From: Octopus sinensis | Lineage: Eukaryota | Reading direction: 5' to 3' | DNA: 64,000 bases | Assembly: GCF_006345805.1 (NCBI RefSeq) | Contig: NC_042999.1 | Location: forward strand, 83,452,001-83,516,000 | Part shown: positions 1-13,129 of the stretch, piece after piece | How positions within the stretch are numbered: the stretch's first letter is position 1 | How the letters are laid out: every line of letters starts with the position of its first letter | The notes under the pieces: generated by a model | What the model was told of the DNA's origin: nothing | The model's database searches: none | The model's input: only the letters and a program-made list of their open reading frames with translations | Program-made: the position numbers and the translations under genes

Positions 1-1057
1 GCTCGCGACTAAATAGGCACTTAAAACAATTAGTGAAACAGTGGTACAAGCTATCGCGTCATGCTTGCTCGCGAGTGACGGGTCAAGTTTTTCGTCATTA
101 CTGTATGAATTTAAATACACATTTTGTTGTTTATCGTTCTCATATCAATAAAATAAGTACTAGTCATGTATTAAAGTTGATTTTAATCCATATAATCTTT
201 TACCCCAAATGAGGTTTTGAGTTTCTATTGGAAATCAGTATCAATCCTTTGAGAAGGGTAAAATATGAAATAATGAAATGGTAGAACGTCCATGGAAATG
301 TCTTAGATTATTTAGCTATAGTCTTCTATGTTTTCTGTGATGCATGTGAAGACTGGATCCGGCAGACTCTGTGGAAGAAACCGTAATGGTTCAACCAAAA
401 GGAAGGAGGCTTCAGTAACACATTGTGGAGGGCTGAGAGCAAGATGATGTCAGATATCGTGGTCATCCACTGCATCCAGTTCCAACCCCAATCGTCCTGA
501 TTTAGTCTTCCCACTGGATTGAAGGTAGTCACTGACGAGCGAGTGTGGTTCACTGTATGCAATTCTTCTCCACTCTAAAAAACGTCACCAGTCATTTCAG
601 GATCATTAGATTGTCACAGCAGTTCTGACGGACGAACATGACCCTGAGATAAAATATCTCCGACGCCAGTTTTGCCTTTCGTAAATTCTTTTGTTCAAGA
701 TTGATCAAATACATACTAGTAAGATACTGAGATTTGACTTAATAGACATACATTAACAATAGGCATCATGCTAAAGTAAGACGCCTCGATGTACTTTATA
801 TCTTTAGATATATAACAGCAAAATATTTCCTTTCTTTTCGGAAACATGAACTCTAGGTCAAGTACAGACAGTTCATTGAAGCAGGTTAACTGAAACGCTG
901 CAGGACGACGAAACTTTTCTTTAGATTCTTCACTTCTCATGGCAACTACTCTTATCTAACTTTTCTATGAACTCTATTATTGACTAATTGTCGCAGGCAC
1001 AAACCATCACCAATTTTTCTCGAATTCTGCATTTCGACTTCATGAAGTTTTTGTTAA

Positions 1058-1096
<39 letters not shown>

Positions 1097-1537
1097 TCGT
1101 TATATTTTCCTTCATTTTCTCCCTCACTTTTATCTTTCCGTCTTTTCATTTTTTAAAAAATGTTTATATGTTTGTTACTTTTCGTTTCACTTCCGTGCTT
1201 TCTATCCTTTCATATATCCGTTCTTGATTTTTTTTTCTGCCTTGCCTTTCCCCCCTCCAATCTTCAGTTAATCCGTCCGTTTTCTACTCATTCGAGTCAA
1301 TTACTTCAATCCCTGCTACCAGAGAGAGATCTTCAATGAATTACCAGTTACGTTGGCTTGTAGACAAAGAAAACCAACAAGGGTGCCTCTTCGCGACTTG
1401 TCGACTTACTAAAAAGTAGCAGTCGTATCACATTTCTTAACCCGCTCCCTTCTTTTGGATAGTATAATTCTAGAGACATTAAATCTGGAAAATCTGGAAT
1501 AGCCAAGGCTTGATCACCTTTGGGCCAAACGACAACA

Positions 1538-1749
1538 ATAATAATCTTTTCTATTATAAGCATAAGGCCTGAAATTTGGTTAGGGTAGGGTGGCTAGTTT
1601 ATTACATCGATCCCGATACTTAACTGGCATTTATTTTAACGAACCCGAAAAGATGAAAGGTAAAGTCAACCTCGGTGGAATTTGAACTTGGAACGTAAAG
1701 CCGGGAGAAATACCGCTAAGTACACTAACGATTCTGCCAGCTCACTGTC
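1538..1749 (-). mobile_element. tRNA-derived SINE, Meta-domain type (family A), degenerate
   Basis: Reverse complement reads GACAGTGAGCTGGCAGAATCGTTAG (A-box head), GTTCAAATTCC (B-box), TTGACTTTACCTTTCATCTTTTCGGGTTCG (Meta-like core) and a tail ending GGCCTTATGCTTATAATAGAAAAGATTATT. Homologous to the cleaner copies at 2926, 4303 and 34140. Confidence 0.75.
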
Positions 1750-2590
1750 TAATGAGATCTGAAGCTTTGGAGGATTTTGTTAGCTGGTCACTTTTGACGA
1801 ATTAAGTTGGCTTCTCTTTCTCTTGTGGTCCCACCCTTAGCAAGAATACAACATAGCATTAAAAGTCAACGAAACAGTCTTTATATTTATAACGAAGCCA
1901 CCGTTTGCCGTAATGAGCTACTTCTATGATATATCTATTTACCCAGCTGGACGGTGCCACCCGTGAACATATGAAGTAAGTATATTGGACAAAAATGTAA
2001 CCCATTTAATGTATGCAACAGAAAATGAATCGCTCATATTTCAGTTCGTTCACTATTTGTTCCATTTTGCAACATTACTGTACAATTTAAGCTTGAGAAT
2101 TTCGTTTTACAATCACGTAACCTCGAGTTCGATCCAACTGTACGACATCTTTAGCAAAACTTTTAACATAGTTTTGGGTCGACCTAAGCCTTGTGAATGA
2201 AACTGAGTAGACTGATACTTTCTTGAAGTTCATTATGGATTTTATTTGTAATCTTAAAGGGCAGCCTTGTCATACTGTGTCACGTTGATTCCACTTGAGA
2301 ATTATGATAAAAGTACAAATCGTTTAGTCCCACAGACATTAAAGTGTGCCGCAGCTGACGGAAAATATTCGTCCACTTACAGATAGGAAATGTCAGCTAC
2401 TTACATATTAATTCATTGAACAAATAGTTCAGTTAATCGAACGACTGATACTCACCCATCATCGAAACAGTGGATATCCACAACTAGAACATATTTATGG
2501 CAGTCTTTTCGTATCTGAAAATCATGAGGGAGAGCAGCAGGCCCACAAGTGGCAATGCACACCAATACTTGACGCTGCGCTTAGCTTTAA

Positions 2591-2809
2591 TTCTTTAGCG
2601 CTCAAATTATTCTGACAAATGTAATGTTTATTTATTCACAGTTTCAAATTAATCGGGCATTATCTTATAGCTTCAATATTTAAATGATGTGATTGTTTAA
2701 TTTTAGAATGATATTGTAGGATAGGTGTAAGAGGCTGGATCTGGATGGTTTGGGTATAAATCAGGGTAGAATATTTGGGTCTGACATGGTCAGTTTAAAC
2801 ACTAGATGG
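2591..2809. mobile_element. Degenerate piggyBac-like MITE
   Basis: TTAA at 2587-2590 and 2810-2813 flank eroded termini (TTCTTTAGCGCT... / ...AACACTAGATGG) that approximate CCCTTTAGCATT-type inverted ends. Non-coding, about 220 bp. Confidence 0.4.
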
Positions 2810-2925
2810 TTAAAGTGAGAATTAGTTCACGCAATTTTATCCCATTCTTTAGACTTCGAAGTATAACTACAGTTGCTCAGCTGGCTGAGCCGGCTACAAT
2901 AACCAGTAAGCTGTAACCAGTAAGT

Positions 2926-3157
2926 GAGCGGTGAGCTGGCAGAAACGTTAGCACGTCGGGTGAAATGCTTAGCGGTGTTTCGTCTGCCGTTACTTTCTGA
3001 GTTCAAATTCCGCCGAGGTCGACTTTGCCTTTCATCCTTTCGGGATCGATAAATTAAGTACCAGTTACGCACTGGGGTCAATGTAATCGACTTAATCCGT
3101 TTGTCTGTCCTTGTTCGTCCTCTCTATGTTTAGCCCCTTGTGGGTAGTAAAGAAACA
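2926..3157 (+). mobile_element. tRNA-derived SINE family A (Meta-like core, tail type 1)
   Basis: GCGGTGAGCTGGCAGAAACGTTAG A-box; GAGTTCAAATTCC B-box; GTCGACTTTGCCTTTCATCCTTTCGGGATCGATAAATTAAGTACCAG core; tail GTCCTCTCTATGTTTAGCCCCTTGTGGGTAGTAAAGAAA. Confidence 0.9.
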
Positions 3158-3340
3158 GGTATTTCGTCTGCCGTTACGCTCTGAGTTCAAATTCCGCCGA
3201 CGTCGTTTTTGCCTTTCATCTTTTCGGGGTTGATTAAATAAGTACCAGTAACACACTGAGTTCGATGTAATCGACTTAACCCCTTTGTCTGTCCTTGTTT
3301 TTCCCCTCTATGCTTAGTCCTTGTGGGCAATAAAGAAAGA
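3158..3340 (+). mobile_element. 5'-truncated SINE family A copy, head-to-tail with the preceding copy
   Basis: Starts at GTATTTCGTCTGCCGTTACG directly after the previous tail; same B-box, core and type-1 tail. Confidence 0.85.
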
Positions 3341-4302
3341 AAAAACGAACTAGTAAGCTGTAGGTTTTTCTTTGGAGTAGTTTCCTCCATGGTGAATTGC
3401 TTTACAGGTCTGGTGAGCGCCACCTACACTGTTCTGCCGAAAGGGTGTCAAAGGGGATACTGAACCGCCTGTGTGACTCCACTCCTTGATTTACTATCAA
3501 GGCCGACTTCCTATGCTTTTCTTTTCCCAAAGCAATCAAAAAGGGTTTGTGCGTGGAGTTTCTTCCATAACATGCTAATTAACTCGCAGCTGTGTCCCTG
3601 ACAGGTGCTACATCGCCGGGTCAGAGTAGACTTGAGAACAATAGTGACTGAGTGGTGGTTATACACTCCTTAAAACCCTTGAACTCTTGAACCAGTGCCT
3701 CACTACCATATGCAGTTTAAAGTTATAATCTGGCCAGGACTGGGAAATATTACATTCACAAGTAAGAAATGTAAAAAAAAATTAATAAATAAAATAAAAC
3801 ATCAGCAAGAAAACTCGGCACAAAAAGTGACACTGTGTAGTATTTGTTTCGCCGAGATAGAAATTCTTTTGTCATTCTCTCTCTATCAGAAATGCATTAA
3901 TTGACCAGTTTTAAACCTGTAACCAGCGATGCTATTGTTCAACAAATGCGATATGAAATGAAAACGAGGCTTAAAGTGTTTATTTTATTCTTTAAAAAAA
4001 TACATTAAGAAAATAAAAACTGGTTTAATTTAGACAAAATGAAAACTAATTTCGCGAATAACAACGATAACAGTAAATAAAAACAAAAAACAAGAAAAAC
4101 AAGAAATCCGGATATTTAATCCAAGTCCTATTTTTCTTTCAGCTTCTTCTATACTGATTACCAATCATGTTGCATTATTTAATAGAATGTCACACAATCG
4201 CATGATTAATTATCGATTTACATTGACTAGATAGTAAATCAACTTTTTTTTTGCGACCTTTAGAGTCAATAGGATAGACCTCAATATATTACTGGTGCCT
4301 AA

Positions 4303-4517
4303 GGCGGCGAGCTGGCAGAAACTTTAGCACGTCGGGCGAAATGCTTAGCGGTATTTCGTCTGTCTTTACGTTCTGAGTTCAAATTCCGCCGAGGTCGACT
4401 TTGCCTTTCATCCTTTCGGGGTCGATGAATTAAGTACCAGTTGCGTACTGGTGTCGATCTAATCGACTGGCCCCTCCACAAAAATTTCGAGCCTTGTGCC
4501 TAGAGTAGAAAAGAATT
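4303..4517 (+). mobile_element. tRNA-derived SINE family A (tail type 2)
   Basis: Same head and core as 2926, but tail GGCCCCTCCACAAAAATTTCGAGCCTTGTGCCTAGAGTAGAAAAGAAT. Confidence 0.9.
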
Positions 4518-4599
4518 TAAGCACCTGGTTTCAAATTTTGACACAAGGTCAGCAAGTTTGGTGGGAGGGGATAAGTCGAATAGTTTTTCTGTACTTCTT

Positions 4600-6210
4600 T
4601 ACACTTTAGCACTGAATCCATTATCGTTCCTACTACAGAAAACAAATGGTTACAAGTTAGGATCTCCAATTGCTAGAAATATCAATGTAACTCATAATTT
4701 CTTTGTAGGTGACTTGAAGGTTTCTGCTAAAAGTGTTAACAATGCCAAGAAACAACTGGAATTATTAACATTTCCAGGAAACAACTGGAATTATTAACAT
4801 TTCCAGCTGATATAGGCATGGAATATGACGAAAAGAAATGTTCATATTTGGTTATAGAACGAGAAACGTCAGTCCCCCAAACCCCAATCCTCTGCATCAA
4901 CGGTCTCTCTATCTCTCCTACTCCACAAAAAGAATATTACAAGTACCTAGGCATAGACGAAAATGTATCACACGAAGGCACTGTAAATAAAGATGGAGTG
5001 ACCCGAGAATATTACACCAGACTTAGGAAAATATGGCAGTCGGAACTCTCCTCTTACAACAAAACAATATCCTACAATGCATTTGCAGTACCAGTGCTGA
5101 TCCCAACATTTGGGATACTTGATTGGTCTGTAGAGGAAATCCACTCCATAGATAGCAAAACCGGCAGAATCCTGGCAACAACTGGGAACTTCCACAGAAA
5201 CAGTGATGTTGACATGCTCTACCTAAGAAGAAATGAAGGTGGTAGAGGCATGGGATCAGTGCAGACGACCTTCGAATACCGTATGGTATCACTCAAGCAG
5301 CAGAAAAAATAAATATATTAATGCAGTCCTGAAAAGTGAAGTGAGTAACATTGTACGAATTGGCAGAGAACTTCTCAAGAAACACTCTCTTCCTGGGCTT
5401 TCTTACCTCAGAGAAGATCTAGATGGAAAGCATTCAGCATACAAAAAGAAAAAGACCATGCATGCTATGTTACCCGGAAGCTTGAAGAAGACAGTAGAAT
5501 TGACACAAAGCGCAGCTTCTCTTGGACAAGAGACTACTACATCACATCACACTTCGAAGGCTATGTATTTGCAATCCAAGAACAGGAGATTACAACAAAC
5601 TACCTGGTGAACGAGAGAGACAGTGACGCTTTTAAAATCTCAAGGTGCATGTGTAAACTATGTCATGTTTCTGTGGATGACATTACACATGTGATTAGCA
5701 GCTCTCCTGAAATGTCGTCACAGTACTACCTCCCTATGCGGCACGATGTGGTTGCTAAAACAGTTTACAATGCCATCCGCAAAAAAGACTCCTGAAATAC
5801 ACTTTTAAAATCCCTCTGTTATGGAATATATTCATAAACACCAACTCAAGGAATACAGGTAGAATATTCCAATCAAAACTTGTCAAATATAAGCATAACA
5901 GACCGGATATTGTTGTTTGGGACAGAGGGACAAAGGTGTGTACATAGACGTTAGCTGCCCCGCAGGTATAAATATTTCTTTGAAAATCAAAGAAAAAAGA
6001 GGATATCGATTGACTACTGCTTCGAGACCTCCAGCTCCTATATTCAGACTATACCAATGATAATTGGAGTACTAGGTTTTGTTAGTAAATGCTTAAAGGA
6101 GAATCTAGATAAATTAGGATTTTCCGGAAGAGAAATTGAATTGGCTGATTCGTTTAAGTGCAATCTGTGAGTGGAACCGTAAAAATATGCAAGACTTTTC
6201 TCAAGTTCCA
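4600..6210 (+). mobile_element. 5'-truncated, degenerate R4/Dong-clade non-LTR retrotransposon (RT C-terminus, CCHC, RLE)
   Basis: FFVGDLK (decayed YxDD); YKYLGIDE; SELSSYNKTISYNAFAVPVL; DVDMLYLRRNEGGRG; CKLCHVSVDDITHVISS..RHDVVA (zinc knuckle); RPDIVVWDR (RLE). Many stops and frameshifts; a short tandem duplication near 4752-4806. Confidence 0.85.
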
Positions 6211-6350
6211 AGCGTGAATTTGTCTGTATTAACTACATCCCAAAGATGGAGCCTTGTATCTTTGTTGGGGGCTGGGTCCCTCTTCAGTAGAAGATTTATG
6301 ATAATTAAAAAATAGAAGAGACATACACATACATACAAAAAATACATACA

Positions 6351-6745
6351 TAGGCGGAGGAGTGGCTGTGTGGTAAATAGCTTGCTTACCAACCACATAG
6401 ATCCGGGTTCAGTTTCACTGCGTGACACCTTGGGCCAGGGTCTTCAACTGTAGCCTCGGGCCGACCAAAGCCTTATGAGTAGATTTGGTAGACGGAAACT
6501 GAAAGAAGCCCTTCGTATATGTATATATGTATGGATATGTTTGTGTCTGTGTTTGTTGCCCCAACATTGTTTTACAATCGATGAGGGTGTGTTTACGTCC
6601 CCGGATCAGCAAGAGAGAGCGAAAGAATAAGTGCTAGGCCTATAAAGAATAAGTCCTGGGGTCGATTTGCTCGACTAAAGGTGGTGCTCCAGCATGAACG
6701 CAGTCAAATGACTGAAGCAAATAAAAGAATAAAAGAATAAAAGTG
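6351..6745 (+). mobile_element. tRNA-derived CORE-like SINE (family B) with internal microsatellite linker
   Basis: GGAGTGGCTGTGTGGTAAATAG head; CCGGGTTCAGTTTC B-box; GTGACACCTTGGGCCAGGGTCTTC (CORE-like); TATG/TG linker; tail GGTGCTCCAGCATGAACGCAGTCAAATGACTGAAGCAAA(TAAAAGAA)n. Homologous copies at 11.5, 44-45, 58.7 and 59.2 kb. Confidence 0.85.
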
Positions 6746-7179
6746 TAAAAGAATAAAAGAATATATATATATATGTATACATTCCTACAAAAACTACACA
6801 CACACACATATATATATACATACAGGCATACAAAATACACACACGCACGCACGCGCACACAATCACACACATGCACACACATAATGATCTAATCAATTCT
6901 GTTCTCTCTTAACGAACTTCTGGTTTTTGCAACTGTATATAATAAGTACCTCGAATAGGAGAAACGTGATACTAGTTGTTGAAACTTGCGAAGTTTTAGC
7001 AAAATAAATAAGTACATGCATACATAAGTACACACACACACACACACACACACATGCATACACACACATACGTACAATCACATACATATTCTGCTTCTTG
7101 CATTGATAATTACTATTCCATCAAGGTTGTAGTCACAGATATCTACGCGCTGACACATGCATAAACACTTCACACACAA

Positions 7180-7227
<48 letters not shown>

Positions 7228-7644
7228 CCCCCCACACACACACGCACACACACCCTTGTACAATTTGTATATAACACCATGCCAACACAAATCTCAAATT
7301 ATGACCATTCACAGTTTCTGAAGTGTTCAAGCTGAAGATTGAAATTTTTAAAAAATGCTTTGTTCTGTTGTTCTTTGGAAATCTTTAACATTCCTCTCTA
7401 TCACAGCACTTCAACGCACCTGTCCAATATTTAAAAAAGTGCCAAGGCTTAATTCTAACCAATTTTGATAGAATCAAACTTTTTGAAATATCCCTTCAAC
7501 AAAAAAAAAAAAAGGAAAAGTAAAAATACAAAAAAATATAAAAATAATATTTCTGATTTGTTTCGTTTTTAAAATTCATTAGTTTGAAAAAAATACAGAA
7601 ATACAAAACACGAAACAAAAATCATAAACAAAACCAAACAATGT

Positions 7645-7770
7645 ATGGCGATCAACTTTGCCATACATCCTTTCGGGGTCGATAAATAAGTACCAGTTGA
7701 GCTCTTGGGTCGATGTGGTCGACTTAACCCCGCCTCGAAATTTCTGGCCTTGAGCCAAAAATTGAAACCA
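7645..7770 (+). mobile_element. 3' half of SINE family A (tail type 2)
   Basis: ACTTTGCCATACATCCTTTCGGGGTCGATAAATAAGTACCAG core followed by a type-2 tail. Confidence 0.7.
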
Positions 7771-7784
7771 ATATGTAAGTGGAA

Positions 7785-8065
7785 GATGCATGGACTAGTG
7801 ATCAGGATGTCTTACTCATGATCTTAAGAGTGCGGTTTCAATTCCAGGATTGGGTGGTGCGTTGTGTTCTTGAACAAAACACTTAATGTTACATTGCTCC
7901 AATCCGCTCAGTTGTAAATAAGTTCCAGCAATATCTGAGACCTTAACCCTACGATTGTCCAGCGTCCCGTGCAAGAGTGAGGAGTTTTAATCTCTCTGAC
8001 TTATGTCATAGAAACTGGATTAAGTTCTGGCTTTATGAATCCTAAGGCTCATGTAAGACCTAAGC
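7785..8065 (+). mobile_element. Old tRNA/CORE-like SINE (third family)
   Basis: ATGGACTAGTGATCAGG head, GGTTTCAATTCC B-box-like, GTTGTGTTCTTGAACAAAACACTT CORE-like motif. A similar decayed copy lies near 38745-38990. Confidence 0.45.
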
Positions 8066-8964
8066 TTAGCCTAAGCCGATGTATGTAAATCCACTGATAC
8101 AAATCCACTGATACAAAAAAAAAAAAAATGTTTCAGCCAGATCAGTTTCAGACCTGTGTTGCCATTGCATCAGCAACTGAGTACTCACCTTAACTGTCCA
8201 CATGGTCATTGCTTATCAACCGACTTGTACTAAAGACTTCAGTAAATAATAGACTGAGTAGCATATAAAACACATCTTTAGTAGTTAGTTTTATTAATGA
8301 ATTATTGGAACGTTAACATCTTTGATCAGGGATGACTTGGTGCCAAGCAATAACATCGTATACCAGTTGTAGGCGGTAAATGGACATTGAGAATTAATTG
8401 AAAACCATTTCAGCGTATTCTTTCTAAAGCAAAAAGAAAAAAAAAAACTATAAATTTCCAGAGTGTTATATAGTAATATATACTATATATAATTAATAAA
8501 TATTTTCTTATATTGGTGTGATTGCTTAAAATCTACATAAAATCCTCATGAATATCAGAATCTAAAAATCTTACTCTGATCATTCTTGATATTTGAAACG
8601 AGCCCCAACTCTGTATAAAAACTGTGTGTGATGAGTTTGTGTCTTTAAATTAATCACTCACAGACAGAGCCATATTTCAACAAGTACCAGATATAGTGCA
8701 CTGTCTCGAGGGCTTTTTCAGTCATTATTATTTTCTTTCTTTCTCTCTCTCCTTTTTTTTTATTAACTTTTTTCACTGCTTGACTGACAGAAAAATATTA
8801 ATACACGTCATAACTGACATTTGTAGTGAATGAAATGAAATTCTCAGTTCGGAAGCTGATTTGCTGACAGAAAAACGAATCTCTCTATCACCGCTGAGAA
8901 ACTCTATATAAATGTTTGAAATTCATTATTCCACTTTTCCACACTGGCATGGGCTGGTAATTCT

Positions 8965-9490
8965 CGGTAATGAGTGCTGTTCTATCTCCCGGAAGACGAA
9001 GTTCCGCATCTACAGTGCATTGGTCCTCTCCATTCTCCTCTATGGGATAGAAATGCGGCCCCTTTCAGATACTGGCAAAGAGGTTCGACAGCTTCAATAG
9101 CAGAGCTCTGAGAACCATGGAAAATATCAGATGGTACCATCACGTTTCCAACAAAGAACTGCGTGCCGCACGCATCAACCCGCAACCTCCAACTTCATAG
9201 CCATCCGTTGCATGAGCTGGTAGAGATATGTCCTCTGTCTCCCGCTAGATCATCCTACCAGGGCCTTGCTCTCATCCGACACAGCAGCAGCGGACAGAAA
9301 GAGGTCTCGTGGCAGCCCCGCATCAGATTGCTGGACGTGACTGAGGAAATATCCGAAGGCTCGACCTCACCTTGGAGAATACAAAGGGGCTTGCTCAGGA
9401 CTGCCAGTGATGGACCTGGTCGGCTCTGCATATGATGACATCTCTGAGACCACTAACTTGGAATGATTCCAGCCTTTTCAAGCAAGAGCA
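8965..9490 (+). mobile_element. RTE-clade LINE 3' fragment
   Basis: ISRKTKFRIYSALVLSILLYG matches the RTE post-RT motif (TKLRIY..LV..VLLYG.E.W), followed by decayed HVSN.EL..RT.Q and R.RWLDV equivalents. Ends near TCAAGCAAG. Confidence 0.75.
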
Positions 9491-9640
9491 TGAAGCCAAC
9501 TAGCTTGTCAGTAATGAGAGCCATAATCTTACTATATAACATACCATGTTAATTCAGGACATGTACATTTGACAATGTGCCATTGAGTTTTTAAATCTGA
9601 AATAATAAAGGTCAGCTTGAAAAAGGGTAACCAAGGGTTT

Positions 9641-9717
9641 AAAAATGCGACTAAAACAACATCCTGAAAAATGTGACTAAAACAACATCCTGAAAAATGC
9701 GATTAAAACAGCTTCCT
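9641..9717. repeat. 26-bp minisatellite x3
   Basis: Unit AAAAATGCGACTAAAACAACATCCTG repeated three times with few substitutions. Confidence 0.9.
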
Positions 9718-10129
9718 TTCCACCCGATCCAGGCAATAAAAATATTTTATTAACACTAAAATAACTGCAATATTAATCATGCCCGCTGACTGCAATACTG
9801 TGTTTGAAACTACAACATATGAATTAAGGGAAGAAAAACAATTGTGAGTGCAGACTAGGCATTTTCGCTCACCTCTATGGTGCTTATTGCCATATCTATA
9901 GACATGAAAGAACAAACTGACCTGCAAAGGAAAATACTTGCACAGATAATATTAATGCACCGCATACAATAAACCACAATATGCAAGATTGCGCACTCAG
10001 ATTTTCAGTAAGACGTAGGCGTATATTGCATATCCAATATAAATATTGTCGATAAATACAATTAAAATCCATAGTCGTTTAACACAAGCGAATATAAATT
10101 GGTAGCATGTATCATGCTTTTGCTGCTTT

Positions 10130-10325
10130 AGGTGGCTATGTAGTCACGAACCAGCAGCCGGACCTCTTGCATTCCTACTCCCGACCTATAGAACACGAGA
10201 GAAATTGCACCAACATTCGGCTGGTACTTATTTCAGCTGAGTAAACTGGGGAGATGTGAGATGACGTGCCTTCTCACAACGCACTGCTCGTATGATCCTG
10301 AGTCTAACAGCTTAACTACTAGATC
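10130..10325 (-). mobile_element. Decayed SINE with Nin/Deu-like domain
   Basis: Reverse complement contains CCAGTTTACTCAGCTGAAATAAGTACCAGC, similar to the Nin/Deu central motif and to GTTCACTCAGCTGGCAAAATAGAGTAGTACC at 38181. Confidence 0.4.
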
Positions 10326-10699
10326 ACATGACAATAATTAATGATATTTATAAATACCATACAATATCAAGAATTTTTTTTCTTGACTAGATTTAATATT
10401 GTAGAAGAGGGTGGGTCAAAGTCTTCGCAACAAGTGAAGACGATGCACTTAATGTTGCTCTTGAGCAGTTGTAAGCCAAAGACTGCAAAAGAAATATACA
10501 CGGGGAAAGATTTTCAGAGGGTCCACGTTCAAGGGATTAAGAACAGGGTGTTGCGGTTAGTGCAGGGTCTTTGTTGGTGGTTACAATGAGTAATTTGTCG
10601 AGAATCAAGTCGCTTAGGATGCTGAGTAGAAATGGAACGAAACAACTAACTGCCAAAGGTTGGAATGCGCAGGTTAGTAAATATTTGTATATGAACACG

Positions 10700-11300
10700 T
10701 AGCGAGATCGTACTGTTTGCGTTTAATGAAAGGGTGTAATATTGTTTCATGGTGTGTGTTTGTTATTGTCTTCGTACATGTAGTCAGCACAGACTCTATC
10801 GTGTCTGACCAGCATGTAGATACGCCACTTGAGTGGATCAGGAATGAAGAGTGGTATCACTCATATAGTCACGTAAGAGTAAGCGTTGCTAGCAGTTGAA
10901 ATTATGTTTGTAATTGAGGTAAAGGAGAAAAAGCTTGGAGAAAAACAATCAGAACCTTGGCATACAACAGAGTTAATAAAGCATGGGTCACACAGAGTTC
11001 ACGGTGTGCCCCACTGTGGTGAAATCTGGTAGAAAGCTACTGATCTAATAGATGAGGGACGAATTGAGTCTATAGACAAAAACGTTTGGCAGGAGGCTTG
11101 CATGCTAGATACAGTTCAATGCTTTGTTGATGTCGAGCGAGCGAAACAATTTCATTTTTTACCAAATGCTTTGGCTTAGGAGAATTGGTCCCCAGAAGAG
11201 ATCTGGCTTTGAGAAAATGGTATTGCGGTCATTAAAGAAGATCAGTGAGTCAAAAACTATTTTAATGATCCCTGTCCAGCCCTTCGACTATGTACTCATG
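10700..11300 (-). mobile_element. Highly degenerate CR1/Jockey-like reverse transcriptase remnant
   Basis: Frameshift-corrected minus-strand reading gives VFDSLI; LDINKALNCI*HASLLP (cf. LDISKAFDRVWHASLL); NSVVCQGSD (cf. SGVPQGSVL); and DTTLHS, in RT motif order. Confidence 0.6.
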
Positions 11301-11514
11301 TATTATAAGCACTCCTGACTAGAGTAGCATCGTGTTTAAACAAAAGCAACTACAACAGCAAGAGCAAAGATAAATAAGAGCAATAGCAACATCAATGACA
11401 ATGAGCCAAAAAGAAGTTGTATATGGTCTTCCAGCTTATTAGAAATAGCAGTCAAATTCCCTCCAATTCACATTGGACCGTCCTTTTATATGCCAACTTC
11501 ATATATATATATAT

Positions 11515-11905
11515 CTTTACTCTCCCTCTTTTTACTTGTTTCAGTCATGTGACTGCGGCCATGCTGGAGTACTGCCTTTAGTCGAGCAAATCGACCCCAA
11601 GACCTATTCTTTGTAAGCCTAGTACTTATTCTATCGGTCTCTTTGCCGAACCGGTCAGGACGTAAACACACATGCATTGGTTATCAAGCGATGTTGGGGG
11701 ACAAAGACAGACACAGAAACATATACACACACATACATATATGTACACATATATACGACAGGCTTCTTTTCAGTTTCCACCCACAAGGCTTCGGTCAGCC
11801 CGAGGCCTATAGTAGAAGACACTTGCCCAAGGTGCCACGAAGTGGGACTGAACCCGGAACCATGTGGTTGGTAAGCAAGCTACTTACCACACAGCCACTC
11901 CTACG

Positions 11906-11908
<3 letters not shown>
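11515..11908 (-). mobile_element. CORE-like SINE family B, full length
   Basis: Reverse complement of the 6351 element: head AGGCGTAGGAGTGGCTGTGTGGTAAG, CORE-like GGCACCTTGGGCAAGTGTCTTC and the full tail. Confidence 0.9.
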
Positions 11909-11960
<52 letters not shown>

Positions 11961-12772
11961 TTGTATGTATGTATATGGTCTTTACTGGAAAGTCTTGGAG
12001 CATAAGTCTTACGAAATTCGAATTCACATATCTGCTAAAGATCATCCATTGTCACAAGAAATATCACAACAAACTTAAATATAACAATAATTACAACAAC
12101 AACAACTATAACAACAGGAATAACAGCAATCGCTACAAAAGCATCATCATAAAAACAACTACAGCAACAACAACAACCACACAAAATCACAAAATGGTAG
12201 AAACTACAGTAGCTTTTGATTTATGCATATGGCCAGCTATATGAGAGAGGAAGGATTCGATACCATAGTCCCCAGTATAGTCCCCAGTACCTGACTGATT
12301 CTTTATTTTACCGACCCCCAGAAGGATGGAAAGCAAAGGTGATTGCAGGAAATGATCTTAGAACGCAAGGGATATGATTCCAGGAAGTGATTTTGGAACG
12401 GGGAAAAATAGCGCAGGGCATTTGACTAACGCTCTAACAATCCCTTTAACTTGAACAGTGTTACAAGACTCACATAAGCCACAATAATAACCACAGTAAC
12501 CCCAACCATAGCTACAACAGTAACAAAAAGACACAAAAATTACAATAGTGGTCTTTACAACAATATCGGTTGCAACAACTACAATCTACGACAACAAGCA
12601 CAACAGCAATAATACACACACGTGCAGTAAAAACCAATAGCACAAATACGTGTTGGGCTGTCAAGTGCTTTCAGGCTGTCAAATATCTTCACCATTTGGA
12701 CAGACGAACGATGATGATAAGAGATTATTCGATAGTTGACTGTAGGGAAATAGAAAGGGACATTCGAGAGTA

Positions 12773-12851
12773 CATAATAATAATAACAATAATAATAATA
12801 ACAATAATAATAATAACAACAATAATAATAATAGTAATGATGATAATAATC

Positions 12852-12887
<36 letters not shown>

Positions 12888-12948
12888 TAATAATAATAAC
12901 AATAATAATAATAATAACAATTATAACAATAATATAATAATAATAATA

Positions 12949-12985
<37 letters not shown>

Positions 12986-13030
12986 CGACGATGAATGATG
13001 ATGACGACGACGACGACGACGACGATGATG
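12773..13030. repeat. Compound trinucleotide microsatellite (AAT)n-(GAT)n-(GAC)n
   Basis: Read directly; source of the spurious poly-I/L/Y ORFs. Confidence 0.95.
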
Positions 13031-13129
13031 AAAAATGATTTAGAAATTCTTGTACACTTCCCCAGATTGGATATTTGAAATTTATGTCATATTTGTTTTG
13101 GTTTTCCATTATGTAATTAACTGATGGAA

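Noticed and set aside
326-940. Minus-strand ORFs 326-562 and 716-940 as host exons
   Set aside because: No recognisable domain and no convincing splice pair; left unannotated.
2926-3010. tRNA genes at the SINE heads (here and other copies)
   Set aside because: A/B boxes are present but no full cloverleaf, and each continues into SINE core and tail.
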